Shown piece by piece: positions 36,517-46,516 of a stretch of 64,000 nucleotides of DNA. The notes below the pieces were generated by a model. That model had not been told where the DNA came from. It did no database searches and saw nothing but the letters and a program-made list of their open reading frames with translations. The stretch lies in IMG/VR virus record IMGVR_UViG_3300042891_001180. One strand, 5' to 3'. The DNA is from a virus. Position numbers and translations under genes: made by a program. The number at the start of each line of letters is the position of its first letter. Position 1 is the first letter of the stretch.

Positions 36517-37300
36517 TGCCTAGCTCCTTACGAATTTTTGTAGCAGAAATAGAATGAGTAGCCTCATCGAATACTTCTTGTTCAATTTTATATCCAACAT
36601 CTCTGCCATATGTGATATTTACAATGTTAGGAACTACTTGAATCTCGTATTGACCTTGATATAGCATATCAAGATCTCGTTTAATATAATTTTTAACTTG
36701 ATCAATAGCGAATGGATTAGACCCTTGCCATCCTTGACAATCTCTAATCTGAATAATCACCTGACCGGTCTTTGCAATAGATCTTTCAAACAAAGCGCGG
36801 TGTCCGGCATGCCAAGGTTGCCAACGACCAAGCATTTGAACCGTTTCTTTTTTCCAATCAAATATCGGGCGACGACGATTATCTAAAATGTGAGCAGCAA
36901 TAAACTCTCCCCACCTCTCACCACTTTGTTCATTAATCCTAAAGTCATAAACATCTGGTGGTATGAATACTTTGTTTGTATCCTCAAAACGACCTTTATC
37001 GATTGTATCAACCCAGATAGTCCAATCAGCTTTAAAGTTATTACGCATCTCAACAAGAGGAGCAACAAAATCACAAATTACAAAATCACAATCATAACTA
37101 TCAGCCAACTCTCTCATTCGTAAGCTTTGACGAATACGACCTTCATGACTGAAGTCCCAATCATTATACTTCTTGCGTACATCATCGGCATTAAGCCACA
37201 TTACCGTTTTACGCTCATGCTCTAGATGTTCTAAAATGTGTTGTGCAAGATATGTCTTACCTGAGCCAGGTAGCCCCATTACTAAAATACGCTGTGTCAT
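36488..37300 (-). CDS. Adenylylsulfate-kinase-like P-loop domain fused to HIGH nucleotidyltransferase domain
   Basis: GLPGSGKT, NADDVR, DFS..GRIRQ; C-terminal GRWQPWHAGH, NPF, ISATKIR. Confidence 0.8.
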   Translation of the reverse strand: MTQRILVMGLPGSGKTYLAQHILEHLEHERKTVMWLNADDVRKKYNDWDFSHEGRIRQSLRMRELADSYDCDFVICDFVAPLVEMRNNFKADWTIWVDTIDKGRFEDTNKVFIPPDVYDFRINEQSGERWGEFIAAHILDNRRRPIFDWKKETVQMLGRWQPWHAGHRALFERSIAKTGQVIIQIRDCQGWQGSNPFAIDQVKNYIKRDLDMLYQGQYEIQVVPNIVNITYGRDVGYKIEQEVFDEATHSISATKIRKELGIERPTKTDI

Positions 37301-38109
37301 GTATACTGCTCCCAAAAAGACGGAAAATATTGCTGCTGATGCTGAATGGTATGTTTACCTATATATTTTTCATACGCATACCTATTTGATTCAATTATAG
37401 GTCTCAGATCATGCTGGTTGATAAAGTGACCGCCTGCATGTTTATTATGAAAAATTAATTTAGATTGTGGAACATTTTTAAAATCATGATTAAAATATGG
37501 CAAATCTAAAAAATTATAAATTCGCCTCATCTGCTTATCAGGGTCATCACATAACTTATTATAATCTATAAAGAGTAATCTATCACTATAACCTTGAACT
37601 ACATTATCATAAAGATGATTATAGTTTGATCCTAATACCCCCTGAAACCGATTAAAGAATTCAGCGCGTGAACCGATCGTGCTACAACCGTTATCAATTT
37701 CATCAAAGTTACACTCTAAAGGGTTCTCTATTCGCATTTTTTCAAACGACGCAATAATTTCATGCGTTGATCGAACCGATACTATCATTTTTATTTTTTT
37801 TTGAATTAAGCTTTCTAGTAGAGGAATACTTACCCGCGTCCAGTTGTGGTCATTACTAATTACCGCAGATTTATTGCATCCCTTAAAGTAACCATACAGA
37901 AGACCCGCTAAGGCGTCACGCCTAGGAGCTAATTCTTTCATTTCATACTGACTGCTTATTGTATTTAACGCAAAACTACGCCGTGCAGATGAAAGCGCGA
38001 TAACGAGTGCATTAGAAGTATCACAGAAGAAATAATCATTCTGTTCTAGTATACTGGTTAGTAGTGTTGAGCCTGATCTAGGTAACCCACATCTAAAAAA
38101 TATATCCAT
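37297..38109 (-). CDS. Sulfotransferase family protein
   Basis: PAPS-binding GLPRSGSTLL, VR....I..SF, Y..L...P. Confidence 0.85.
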   Translation of the reverse strand: MDIFFRCGLPRSGSTLLTSILEQNDYFFCDTSNALVIALSSARRSFALNTISSQYEMKELAPRRDALAGLLYGYFKGCNKSAVISNDHNWTRVSIPLLESLIQKKIKMIVSVRSTHEIIASFEKMRIENPLECNFDEIDNGCSTIGSRAEFFNRFQGVLGSNYNHLYDNVVQGYSDRLLFIDYNKLCDDPDKQMRRIYNFLDLPYFNHDFKNVPQSKLIFHNKHAGGHFINQHDLRPIIESNRYAYEKYIGKHTIQHQQQYFPSFWEQYT

Positions 38110-38131
38110 ATAGCTTATCTTTTTGTTTATA

Positions 38132-39064
38132 TTACTTTAATTCTACAGATGCCATAATTTCAGTCAAGCATGCAACAAGGTTAATTTCTTGATCAGCAAC
38201 AAATGCAGACTTATACTGATAGTCAGCTATCGTCAGCACCAATTGAGGTACCTGGTTAGTAAGGGGTACGAAAGTATCATATATCTTTCGAAATATGGAA
38301 GCAGGATCGTTATCTAAGTTATTAACTACCCAGGTACGCATCTTTTTCCAGTCTTTATCTTTAATAGCATCGACCAGGTCTTTCATATTAGCTTCACTTA
38401 CACTAACAAGAATACCTTCATCAATAGAACCCGATTGAGAATAGCGCTGAAGTTCGTTTAACGTTCTACGGAAGTCCGGGAAATGCTTTTGTACTACTTT
38501 AGCAATTACCTTCGGATCAAAAGGTATAAGTTCCTGATCCAAAATGCTACATACTCGTCTATAGAAATTTGTAGCAATAGTTGGCTTATCAGCATTAGGA
38601 ATCTTAAACTCAATTACAGCGCACCTAGAATGTAAAGGTGGGATAATACGATTCTTAAAATTACACGTTAAGATGAATCGACAGTTACCTGCAAACTCTT
38701 CGATAAAGCCACGAAGTGCAGGCTGGGTAGAGTTAGGGTTAAGGTAATCTGCCTCATCAAGGATAACTACTTTTGTATTACCTGTAAACGAGACCGTCGA
38801 TGCAAATTGCTTAATCTTTGTACGTAAGACATCAATACCTGACTCTTCTGATCCGTTAATGATCATGTAATCGGTTTGCAGTTCCTCACACAAGGCTCTA
38901 GCAACAGTAGTCTTACCAGTACCAGCAGTACCACATAAAAGCATATTCTGAATCTCACCTTTAGCAACCATTTGCTTAAAGTATTCTTTTTGAGACTCAG
39001 GTAGAATACAATCGTCTATCTTCCTAGGGCGATACTTCTCAACCCAGATAAAATGCTCCGTCAT
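38132..39064 (-). CDS. gp44: Clamp loader large subunit (T4 gp44-like)
   Basis: WVEKYRP, GTAGTGKTT, ILDEAD, SRC. Confidence 0.97.
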   Translation of the reverse strand: MTEHFIWVEKYRPRKIDDCILPESQKEYFKQMVAKGEIQNMLLCGTAGTGKTTVARALCEELQTDYMIINGSEESGIDVLRTKIKQFASTVSFTGNTKVVILDEADYLNPNSTQPALRGFIEEFAGNCRFILTCNFKNRIIPPLHSRCAVIEFKIPNADKPTIATNFYRRVCSILDQELIPFDPKVIAKVVQKHFPDFRRTLNELQRYSQSGSIDEGILVSVSEANMKDLVDAIKDKDWKKMRTWVVNNLDNDPASIFRKIYDTFVPLTNQVPQLVLTIADYQYKSAFVADQEINLVACLTEIMASVELK

Positions 39065-39074
39065 ACTCTACCCC

Positions 39075-39746
39075 TTAAACTACTGAACCAGGCTCGGCAG
39101 CAATCCAGTATTGGAGTTGTCTTGACTCATGTTTAAAGTGAAGAAATTTAGCTTTACCGTTAGGAGTCTTAGCAACAGTAATATCATATGCATCAGGAAT
39201 AACTTTTAAATTCTCAACAGCAATAAAAACATCGAAGTCATCAAAGGAAGTACCAAGACTCTTTTTAAAGTTAGATGCAGTATCGTTTTTACGATCACTT
39301 ACAGATAACATTACAGATTGATTCTTACAAGTTACAGATACAGTAGGAGCACCGGTGATAGCGGCCGCTTTCATAATCATCTGAATGTCTTCGGCAGTTA
39401 CTTTGAACTTATAAACATCCATATGCTCAATTTCTGTAGTAGGCGCGGCAGTTACAATCTCAGGATTCGAATAATAGTATTCAAACTTACCAGCCGGGCT
39501 CGTAATACCAATACACTTATCACCGAATTCAATCTCTTGACTATCAGTCAACGTCCACATAGCCAGAAGAGAGTTTAAATCATAAATTGCAAACTCTTTA
39601 GGTATAGTTTCTTTAATAGTAGCTTTAGCAAAGATATTCTTAGCATTAGATATAGTACTTACTGCATCACCCTCCTTAAATACGATGTTCGTATTAATAG
39701 ATGCAAAGTTCTTCAACAACGCAATAGTTTCACTTCCAATTTTCAT
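39075..39746 (-). CDS. gp45: Sliding clamp (T4 gp45-like)
   Basis: LKNFASIN, FAIYDLN, ENLK..P..Y, YWIA.E. Confidence 0.93.
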   Translation of the reverse strand: MKIGSETIALLKNFASINTNIVFKEGDAVSTISNAKNIFAKATIKETIPKEFAIYDLNSLLAMWTLTDSQEIEFGDKCIGITSPAGKFEYYYSNPEIVTAAPTTEIEHMDVYKFKVTAEDIQMIMKAAAITGAPTVSVTCKNQSVMLSVSDRKNDTASNFKKSLGTSFDDFDVFIAVENLKVIPDAYDITVAKTPNGKAKFLHFKHESRQLQYWIAAEPGSVV

Positions 39747-39777
39747 AATGTAGTCCTCATAATTACATATTATAGTA

Positions 39778-40524
39778 TCATTTCCAGTTCAGTGCTACTT
39801 CTTTCGTTGGCATTGTACCATTATATTTGTCAATACAATATTGTCGTTCTCTTACATCTAATTCTTGAAATTTTGGATCCCGGAAGGCAGAGGAACCATG
39901 TTCCCTAAAACAGACCAAAACATCATCTAGTTTAATTGGGTCACCGTGGTAAAAGTAAGACCGGTAAAAGTATTCCCCGTCTACGATCCAAAGCAAGTCA
40001 TCGTCCATCTCTAAAGCACAGTTGTTTCTAACGGCATAGTTGGATGGGTTACCTGTGGTATTATCCCCATTGACATATTTGTTCTCGTACCAAGGGAGTC
40101 TGGTATCGAAGAACTGTGTTCGATCTTCATTGCTGTGAGTGAACCCTGATATAAACCATTTACCGTCTGGGTTATTATCAAATGCATTAGAGATTTTAAG
40201 TAATGCATCCTGATCTACGAAGTAATCATCCATGTAGAGTAATTTAATTATCTCCCCTGTAGCATGCTTGACTGCATTGTTTACATTATTGGCAGCATTC
40301 TTTTTATTACTTGTATTTTTAATATACTTAATATCCAGAACGTGTGAAAATGTATCACAAATGGTTTTAAGGTTATCACCCTCGCTTTGATCCGATATTA
40401 CAACATCAAAGTCTTTAAGAGTCTGATACATCAGATGTGAAAAATATTCTACTAAGAATCTCTCAGCAGTTTTATTTTTCATTGTGTATACAGGACAACA
40501 AATAGATATTTTAGACATAATCAA
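39778..40524 (-). CDS. Glycosyltransferase family 2
   Basis: ISICCPVY, VISDQS, LYMDD. Confidence 0.82.
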   Translation of the reverse strand: MIMSKISICCPVYTMKNKTAERFLVEYFSHLMYQTLKDFDVVISDQSEGDNLKTICDTFSHVLDIKYIKNTSNKKNAANNVNNAVKHATGEIIKLLYMDDYFVDQDALLKISNAFDNNPDGKWFISGFTHSNEDRTQFFDTRLPWYENKYVNGDNTTGNPSNYAVRNNCALEMDDDLLWIVDGEYFYRSYFYHGDPIKLDDVLVCFREHGSSAFRDPKFQELDVRERQYCIDKYNGTMPTKEVALNWK

Positions 40525-40951
40525 CGCATACCCCGTGTATACCTAATAGTTTATATTTTTCAAAATCTACATTTGGATAAAAATCTAAAAGAACTTGATT
40601 ATAGGAAAATACGTTTTGAGGCTTAGGGTAAGTCCAAACATTTCCTTGAGAAGTCAAAGTATAATCATCTTTATCATGAAAGAAATAATTAAACCCCCTG
40701 TACCTATACAACTCAGTACTTGCTTGGAGATTCTTACAATGTATCCATAATCTTGTCTTCATTGATACCAGATAATCCATAGGGACAGGGTATGTCGGTT
40801 CATCATGCCCAAGATAAAGATCGTTATTATGAACCCAGAGATCAATTTCTATATCGTGCCCTTGACTAATACAATAATCAATTACCTCAGGTTTATTTTC
40901 ATTATCTGGATCAGGTCCAAATGTATTACCTCTATGACAAATAATTTTCAT
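40511..40951 (-). CDS. PLC-like/GDPD-type phosphodiesterase
   Basis: HRGN, EN, EIDLW, LGHD, WIHCKN. Confidence 0.8.
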   Translation of the reverse strand: MKIICHRGNTFGPDPDNENKPEVIDYCISQGHDIEIDLWVHNNDLYLGHDEPTYPVPMDYLVSMKTRLWIHCKNLQASTELYRYRGFNYFFHDKDDYTLTSQGNVWTYPKPQNVFSYNQVLLDFYPNVDFEKYKLLGIHGVCVDYV

Positions 40952-41607
40952 TAGATTAGCTTAGGTGCGCCCAGTGGCTGTACGTTAAGGTACTTCTTCC
41001 AGGGTTGACCTTTATCAACACGCTTAAGTTTAGTAAAACCTTTTTTACGAATAATAATATTATCACCTGGTTCGTACTTACCGTCAATACACTCCTTTAC
41101 CACCTCAGCAACTTGTAGTGTAGAAAGTCTGGTACGCTTATCTTCACCGGGGTAGTCGTTTTCTCTCATCTTAGTATCTACACGCCCAGGGCTAACAGAA
41201 TACGCTTTATAGCCCTCAAAACCTAATGACTGTACGAATGAGATAACACCGGACTTAGATGCAGAGTACCCACTATGTTCTGGTTTACCGTACATACCGG
41301 CAACTGATGCAATAAAGATCATAGTCTTAACATTACAGTTAATAGATGCCCGTGCAATTAAATAACTACCTAACAAGTTAACTTCAATCTCTTCTTGCCA
41401 GTGTTTAATATTCGAATCTTTAACTACTTGTACATGAGAAATGCCAGCGCAGTTAACAATTACGTCAGGTTTATATTTCTCTAGTGTTGCGCAAATAGCA
41501 TTATAATCCCTTACGTCACATTCTTCTTTTGGAATGTTTACAGTATCAGGGTAAAGTTGTTTAATACCTTCACCAATGTCACTCTTACCAAAAATCAATA
41601 CTTTCAT
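40951..41607 (-). CDS. Short-chain dehydrogenase/reductase
   Basis: NCAG, YSASK, SPGRVDT. Confidence 0.88.
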   Translation of the reverse strand: MKVLIFGKSDIGEGIKQLYPDTVNIPKEECDVRDYNAICATLEKYKPDVIVNCAGISHVQVVKDSNIKHWQEEIEVNLLGSYLIARASINCNVKTMIFIASVAGMYGKPEHSGYSASKSGVISFVQSLGFEGYKAYSVSPGRVDTKMRENDYPGEDKRTRLSTLQVAEVVKECIDGKYEPGDNIIIRKKGFTKLKRVDKGQPWKKYLNVQPLGAPKLI

Positions 41608-42329
41608 AATACAACATCCCCGTTTTCAACTTTATCTAAAAATATTTCTAACTCATACGGCGTGCCAAGCATATGCTTTTTGTTAACATCAACTTCATAT
41701 ACCGATACATTGCCTGACCCTGCAATTAACTCATTGTATGCAGGCGCAATATAAAACTCGTTATTAGTTCTGATGTTTTTAGCAACCATCATAACAACAC
41801 TTTCGATATATTCATTACCATGTCGGAAGTAATAGATACCCGCGCAGGCTTTATCGGAAATAACTTTCTTTTCAGCTACTTCTACAACTTGGCCTTTTTT
41901 AACCTTAGCATAACTGTGGTGTGGGTTAGTTGAATTAAACACAACCAAGGAACCATCACGATCTTTAGACTGCTCTAAGTAATCATCAAAATCCCATTCA
42001 AGATATTGATCGCAGTTTGCAATAACCAATGGCTTTGAATTATTAATGTAAGGTAATGCCATCAACGTGGTACACGCAGCACCTTCAGTAACAATATCCA
42101 ATGGAATAATTGTACCCTGTTGCTCCAGAAATTCTTGAAGCCCATTATCTAAATGTTCTTTTAATGCAATAAAAATAAAATTACATTGACTATGTTTCGA
42201 TGTAAGTGAATCAATAACTCTTTTAATCATTGGAACACCAACAACATCAATCATTGGTTTAGGCTTGTCATAACCACTTTCAACAAATCGCTGACCTCTA
42301 CCGGCCATAGGAATAACTACGTTAATCAT
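41604..42329 (-). CDS. Sugar-phosphate nucleotidyltransferase (GT-A fold)
   Basis: IPMAGRGQRF...PKP, TEGAACT, NCDQ, EKK, NNEFY, LGTP. Confidence 0.88.
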   Translation of the reverse strand: MINVVIPMAGRGQRFVESGYDKPKPMIDVVGVPMIKRVIDSLTSKHSQCNFIFIALKEHLDNGLQEFLEQQGTIIPLDIVTEGAACTTLMALPYINNSKPLVIANCDQYLEWDFDDYLEQSKDRDGSLVVFNSTNPHHSYAKVKKGQVVEVAEKKVISDKACAGIYYFRHGNEYIESVVMMVAKNIRTNNEFYIAPAYNELIAGSGNVSVYEVDVNKKHMLGTPYELEIFLDKVENGDVVL

Positions 42330-42340
42330 TTAAATCCTTA

Positions 42341-43009
42341 TTATGGAAATCTAGCTAAGATTTCTTCGTTGATTGGAATCTTACCACGCAGACGATCAGT
42401 ATAATCTTTGGTACATAAACTTGTTAATAGGTGACCGCTCAATTGTGGTTCTTCACTCATAAAGTGAATATTTTCTGCGCCCATGATAGGGGCAAGAATA
42501 GAGTAAAAGTTGTGCATATGATTGGGGTCGAATTTAGCAAGCTCTGCAAACCCTTCAACCACCTGACTATGAAGTCTTTTAGGCCATGCATAAAATGTAT
42601 CGCCTACGAATTGTTGACTCTCCCAGTACCCATTACCCTCGCGGGAAACAAAATTAAATTTATCCCAGTCTAAGTTAAAGTCTTTTAAACTTTTATTGTA
42701 ATGAACATCAAACCTTGACATGACATAAAAGTCAATACGTTCATCATCCCCCGTGAGGGCGATAGCGGCGGCACGGGTAGGGTTTTGTTTACTACCTTCA
42801 AAAGGTATAGAGGCAATTCGTTTAGGGTTAAGGAGTCTTGTAACTTCATCCATTCTATCATTATCATACGTCATGACATATTTGTAGATAGAGTGTTCCT
42901 CCCGAAGAGGTTGAATTAAGTTACGATCAATGTTAGGGAAACAATGATTAAAATCTCTTTCAGATTTATGACCGAATGATATACCTGCAAAAATTAATGC
43001 TATGTTCAT
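42341..43009 (-). CDS. Hypothetical glycan-modifying protein
   Basis: SRFD and GDTF motifs within sugar cluster. Confidence 0.55.
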   Translation of the reverse strand: MNIALIFAGISFGHKSERDFNHCFPNIDRNLIQPLREEHSIYKYVMTYDNDRMDEVTRLLNPKRIASIPFEGSKQNPTRAAAIALTGDDERIDFYVMSRFDVHYNKSLKDFNLDWDKFNFVSREGNGYWESQQFVGDTFYAWPKRLHSQVVEGFAELAKFDPNHMHNFYSILAPIMGAENIHFMSEEPQLSGHLLTSLCTKDYTDRLRGKIPINEEILARFP

Positions 43010-43030
43010 ATTTACCTTATATAATAGTTT

Positions 43031-43038
43031 TATTTATA
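43031..43038 (-). promoter_or_regulatory. T4-type late promoter TATAAATA inside sugar cluster
   Basis: Exact consensus overlapping stop of upstream gene, 21 nt before ATG at 43009. Confidence 0.55.
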
Positions 43039-43747
43039 TTTCAGATTTAAGGTTTACAGCAAAAGGAAAGTAGTCTTTTCTAAATATTTGATTCAACTTA
43101 TTTTCATCAGCAATATGTTGTGAACCAAAGCCTCTTGCCTTGTCTGATTCTGGAATCCTATTTTGTATTTGTAGCTTACGACCCAATGATCTTTTATTGA
43201 ATGGCGACCATCCATACCATAATACTTTAAGTTTATCCGTATTAAAATCAGGGTAATGTCTACCAAGAGGGTAATCTACTCTGGTTTTATTATGAATTAG
43301 TCTAGGTCGTCTTGCTAAAGGGTCTCTACCGTGATAATGAATACCATGGTACTTTTGTTCTATAAGCGGTTTGTTGTAAGAAGGTGAAATCTCTGGTTCT
43401 GCATCTACCATTATAAAACACGGTACCGCAATTTCCTGATTTGGTGTATTATTCATTAAAGAATAATCACCAACCAACAACTCGGTAGTATTAAGGCAAG
43501 TCTTCCAACCGGAAACTGTACTCTCAATATCAGATACTTCGTCATCAATAAGCTTTGCATCAAAGAATTGATTTCTAGAATTTATAACTGTCCAATCTGG
43601 ACATATCTGCTTAATAATACTTAAAGAGTTGTCTGTAGAGGCATAGTTAATCATTATACCATGATTAAAGTATTTCTTATGATGCTCTAACCACCAAGGG
43701 AGTAAATACTCCTCATTATAAAAGTGAGATATTATTGTCTTGTACAT
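43034..43747 (-). CDS. Glycosyltransferase family 2-like
   Basis: HFYNEEYLLPWWL.HH, YASTDNS, GRH. Confidence 0.75.
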   Translation of the reverse strand: MYKTIISHFYNEEYLLPWWLEHHKKYFNHGIMINYASTDNSLSIIKQICPDWTVINSRNQFFDAKLIDDEVSDIESTVSGWKTCLNTTELLVGDYSLMNNTPNQEIAVPCFIMVDAEPEISPSYNKPLIEQKYHGIHYHGRDPLARRPRLIHNKTRVDYPLGRHYPDFNTDKLKVLWYGWSPFNKRSLGRKLQIQNRIPESDKARGFGSQHIADENKLNQIFRKDYFPFAVNLKSEI

Positions 43748-45639
43748 ACTACTTCTGGGAAGTATTTTAAGAAGTTAATTTTATCGGATTTGCGAGAAAG
43801 AACTTTGGATTTAATTTCATCGAAGAAATTCCATGCTAAAGGTACCACGCAAATCTCTCCTTCTTCACCAAATAAAGTATCAGGGTGTAAGATTGGTATT
43901 TTTGAACCAGGGCTAAATTTATTATGCTTTAAATTATTATCATCAACTATATAATCTAAATTAAATTTTGAGAAGTTAAGGAATGTATTACCCTTAGCGG
44001 CAGCCCCGTACCCAATAACTTTAATACCTTGTTTTTGCAATGCTTCAACCATCGCTTTTGTTTCTTTAGCAATACGTATACAGTTACTTGCATACTTAAG
44101 CATAGTACGGTAGGTAAGTGTTTGTTCTTCTGCAATAAACTTTTCAGATTGATCAGGTAAGTCTTTAGATAGTACAAATACAAAACTTGTACCGTGGATA
44201 GGGGTACGAGTTACATCAATAACATTTAACCCTGCCCGATGAGCAAGTGCACAAAAGGACTTAACACTAAAGAATGAAATATGCTCATGGTAAATAGTAT
44301 CAAACTGATTATTTGCCACCATGTCTGCTTGTGATGTCTGAATAAAAATACAACCATTTGTATCCAATGCATCTTTACATGACTCTAAGAACTCTTTAGG
44401 GTATGAATTATGCGCAAACACGTTCTGTGCAGTAATAATATCGAACTTAATATCAAATTGTTCTGCAGACGTAAAGTAATCACATACTATAGAATGATTC
44501 TTAGAGCTTGCAGGGTAAAGGTTTTCAGCTGGATCAATACCGTAAGTTGTAAATCCTTTTGCCTTATAAGAGTCTAATTGCGTACCGTCGTTACACGCAA
44601 TATCAAGCACCTTCTTACCTTCTGTATATTTACCAGTAAAGTCAACAAACCAGTCAAAATAGTCCTTGAGTGTTTTTGTGGTACCACTTACATACAGGTA
44701 GTGTTTAAATAACTTATCTGGATCTACAACATGGGTTAACTGAATATGCGTACAATCCATACAGTAATTAATACCTAATGGGTAAATATGCTCTTCCTCG
44801 TCTGCTGAATCAAGGTAGCTGTTAGCTAAGGGTTGATTATTAAGGTTTAATATATCCTCTAGGTTAGTACCACCACAGCATAAACACTTATCTAGTTTTT
44901 TATAACTGTTATAGTCCAGTGATATAATTTCTTTTATCTCCGTCTTAGATGCTTCATTCCACCGCCTGTGGGAACCAGCAACATAATGTACCCCCATCAT
45001 ATCACCATCATTGTTCCTAAAATAACAGTTACCGTAATCAGTAGCATCTGTCTTCCAGTTTTCCGAAAGAATATTATTCTCAAATATATGCTTACGAATT
45101 CTGTATCCTACTTCTACATAACCACTAGGACGATTTTCATCTAATTCTTTTTCAGTAATGATCCAGGAATGAGATTTAGCTAATTCAGCATCATAGTACG
45201 CACCAAAACAAGCCGGTATGTTTTCAAATGCTTCTGGTTTTTTAGCTACCCAATTTTTAGTATCTTTACCATCGTTATATTCTGTACCGATTGCTTTATA
45301 ACCCTGACTAAACTTTTTATAAACATAATCATGAATATTTTTATTAAGAATAAAATAATCAGAGTCAATAATACCGACGATATCGGACTGCACGTATTTT
45401 AGCCCTTCGTTAATAGCTTTACCATGCGACAATCCATCAAATGTAGGGATACTCTCACACAGTACAAAGTTATCAATAATTGGATCTCTACTAGCCTCAC
45501 TAATACGCTTTTCACTATCAGGTGTATTATCTACTACGATAAGTCGATAATCTTTATTAGGGAAAAGACGTTTAAAGTTCTCTACCTGTAGATCTAGCAG
45601 GTCATAATTTTTATATATGACAATAATGTAATCAATCAT
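43732..45639 (-). CDS. GT2-like domain fused to NDP-sugar C-methyltransferase
   Basis: VVDN, IDSD in N-domain; Zn CxxC..CxxC, DIACNDG, YHEH, YGAAAKG. Confidence 0.88.
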   Translation of the reverse strand: MIDYIIVIYKNYDLLDLQVENFKRLFPNKDYRLIVVDNTPDSEKRISEASRDPIIDNFVLCESIPTFDGLSHGKAINEGLKYVQSDIVGIIDSDYFILNKNIHDYVYKKFSQGYKAIGTEYNDGKDTKNWVAKKPEAFENIPACFGAYYDAELAKSHSWIITEKELDENRPSGYVEVGYRIRKHIFENNILSENWKTDATDYGNCYFRNNDGDMMGVHYVAGSHRRWNEASKTEIKEIISLDYNSYKKLDKCLCCGGTNLEDILNLNNQPLANSYLDSADEEEHIYPLGINYCMDCTHIQLTHVVDPDKLFKHYLYVSGTTKTLKDYFDWFVDFTGKYTEGKKVLDIACNDGTQLDSYKAKGFTTYGIDPAENLYPASSKNHSIVCDYFTSAEQFDIKFDIITAQNVFAHNSYPKEFLESCKDALDTNGCIFIQTSQADMVANNQFDTIYHEHISFFSVKSFCALAHRAGLNVIDVTRTPIHGTSFVFVLSKDLPDQSEKFIAEEQTLTYRTMLKYASNCIRIAKETKAMVEALQKQGIKVIGYGAAAKGNTFLNFSKFNLDYIVDDNNLKHNKFSPGSKIPILHPDTLFGEEGEICVVPLAWNFFDEIKSKVLSRKSDKINFLKYFPEVVCTRQ

Positions 45640-46516
45640 ATTGGAAGTATTCGTTTCTAATTACTATTTCGGGGTTTTTATTTTTATAGCATTCAATTAC
45701 ATTCTCAACTACTGAATGTAAATTATCTTCATAGGTAAAATTACCAAGAACTTTAAATTTTGTATTATCTATTGCAAAGTTATATGCCCCAGGTACATCA
45801 CCGTTATCAGTAATATCAACTTTTGTATAATCGCTAACAATATTTGCAATACTTTCTACAGTTGAATTAAAAGATGCTAAATTAAAAATATTCGATGCAG
45901 CTTTACTTTTAATCATCGTTTCAACAGCTCTCGAAAGATCGCGAACTGATAATATAGGTCTCTTAATATGCTTATTTGTAATCGTAATATGTTTCTCAAA
46001 GAGAGCAGTATATACCATTGAGTTGATCATAAGATCACGTCGTATAACCGGTGAACCACCGTTAACAGTACCAAACCGTAGACCTATAATGTTTCTACCT
46101 TCACCAATATACTTCATTGCGAGTAGATCAAGACTTACCTTAGTAAGATCATAGTTATTAACATAATCAATGCTAATATCTTCTTCTGTATAAAGAGGTT
46201 TCGTATTTTTATCCCCGTACACAGAAGCACTACTTGCATATATGATAGTTTGTCGATTATCAGTCTTTTCAACTAAGTTCTTAAAATTACGAACATTATT
46301 TTTCCAAGGTGATTCAAGCGGGCCTTTACACCGTAGCACGCTTGAGTGGCCAGCTAACAAAACAATGTGGGTAAAAGAACTTAAAAATATTCTTCCAAGA
46401 AGATTGTAATCCAACAGTCTGTTACCAACTGTTTGAACATCTATTCCTTGTTTGAATAGATGATTGAATAGGTATGAACCAACATATCCTTCACCACCAA
46501 TAATTAAAACTTTCAT
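45632..46516 (-). CDS. NAD-dependent sugar epimerase/dehydratase
   Basis: GGEGYVG, ASSASVYG, YDLTK, LRFGTVNG. Confidence 0.9.
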   Translation of the reverse strand: MKVLIIGGEGYVGSYLFNHLFKQGIDVQTVGNRLLDYNLLGRIFLSSFTHIVLLAGHSSVLRCKGPLESPWKNNVRNFKNLVEKTDNRQTIIYASSASVYGDKNTKPLYTEEDISIDYVNNYDLTKVSLDLLAMKYIGEGRNIIGLRFGTVNGGSPVIRRDLMINSMVYTALFEKHITITNKHIKRPILSVRDLSRAVETMIKSKAASNIFNLASFNSTVESIANIVSDYTKVDITDNGDVPGAYNFAIDNTKFKVLGNFTYEDNLHSVVENVIECYKNKNPEIVIRNEYFQYD

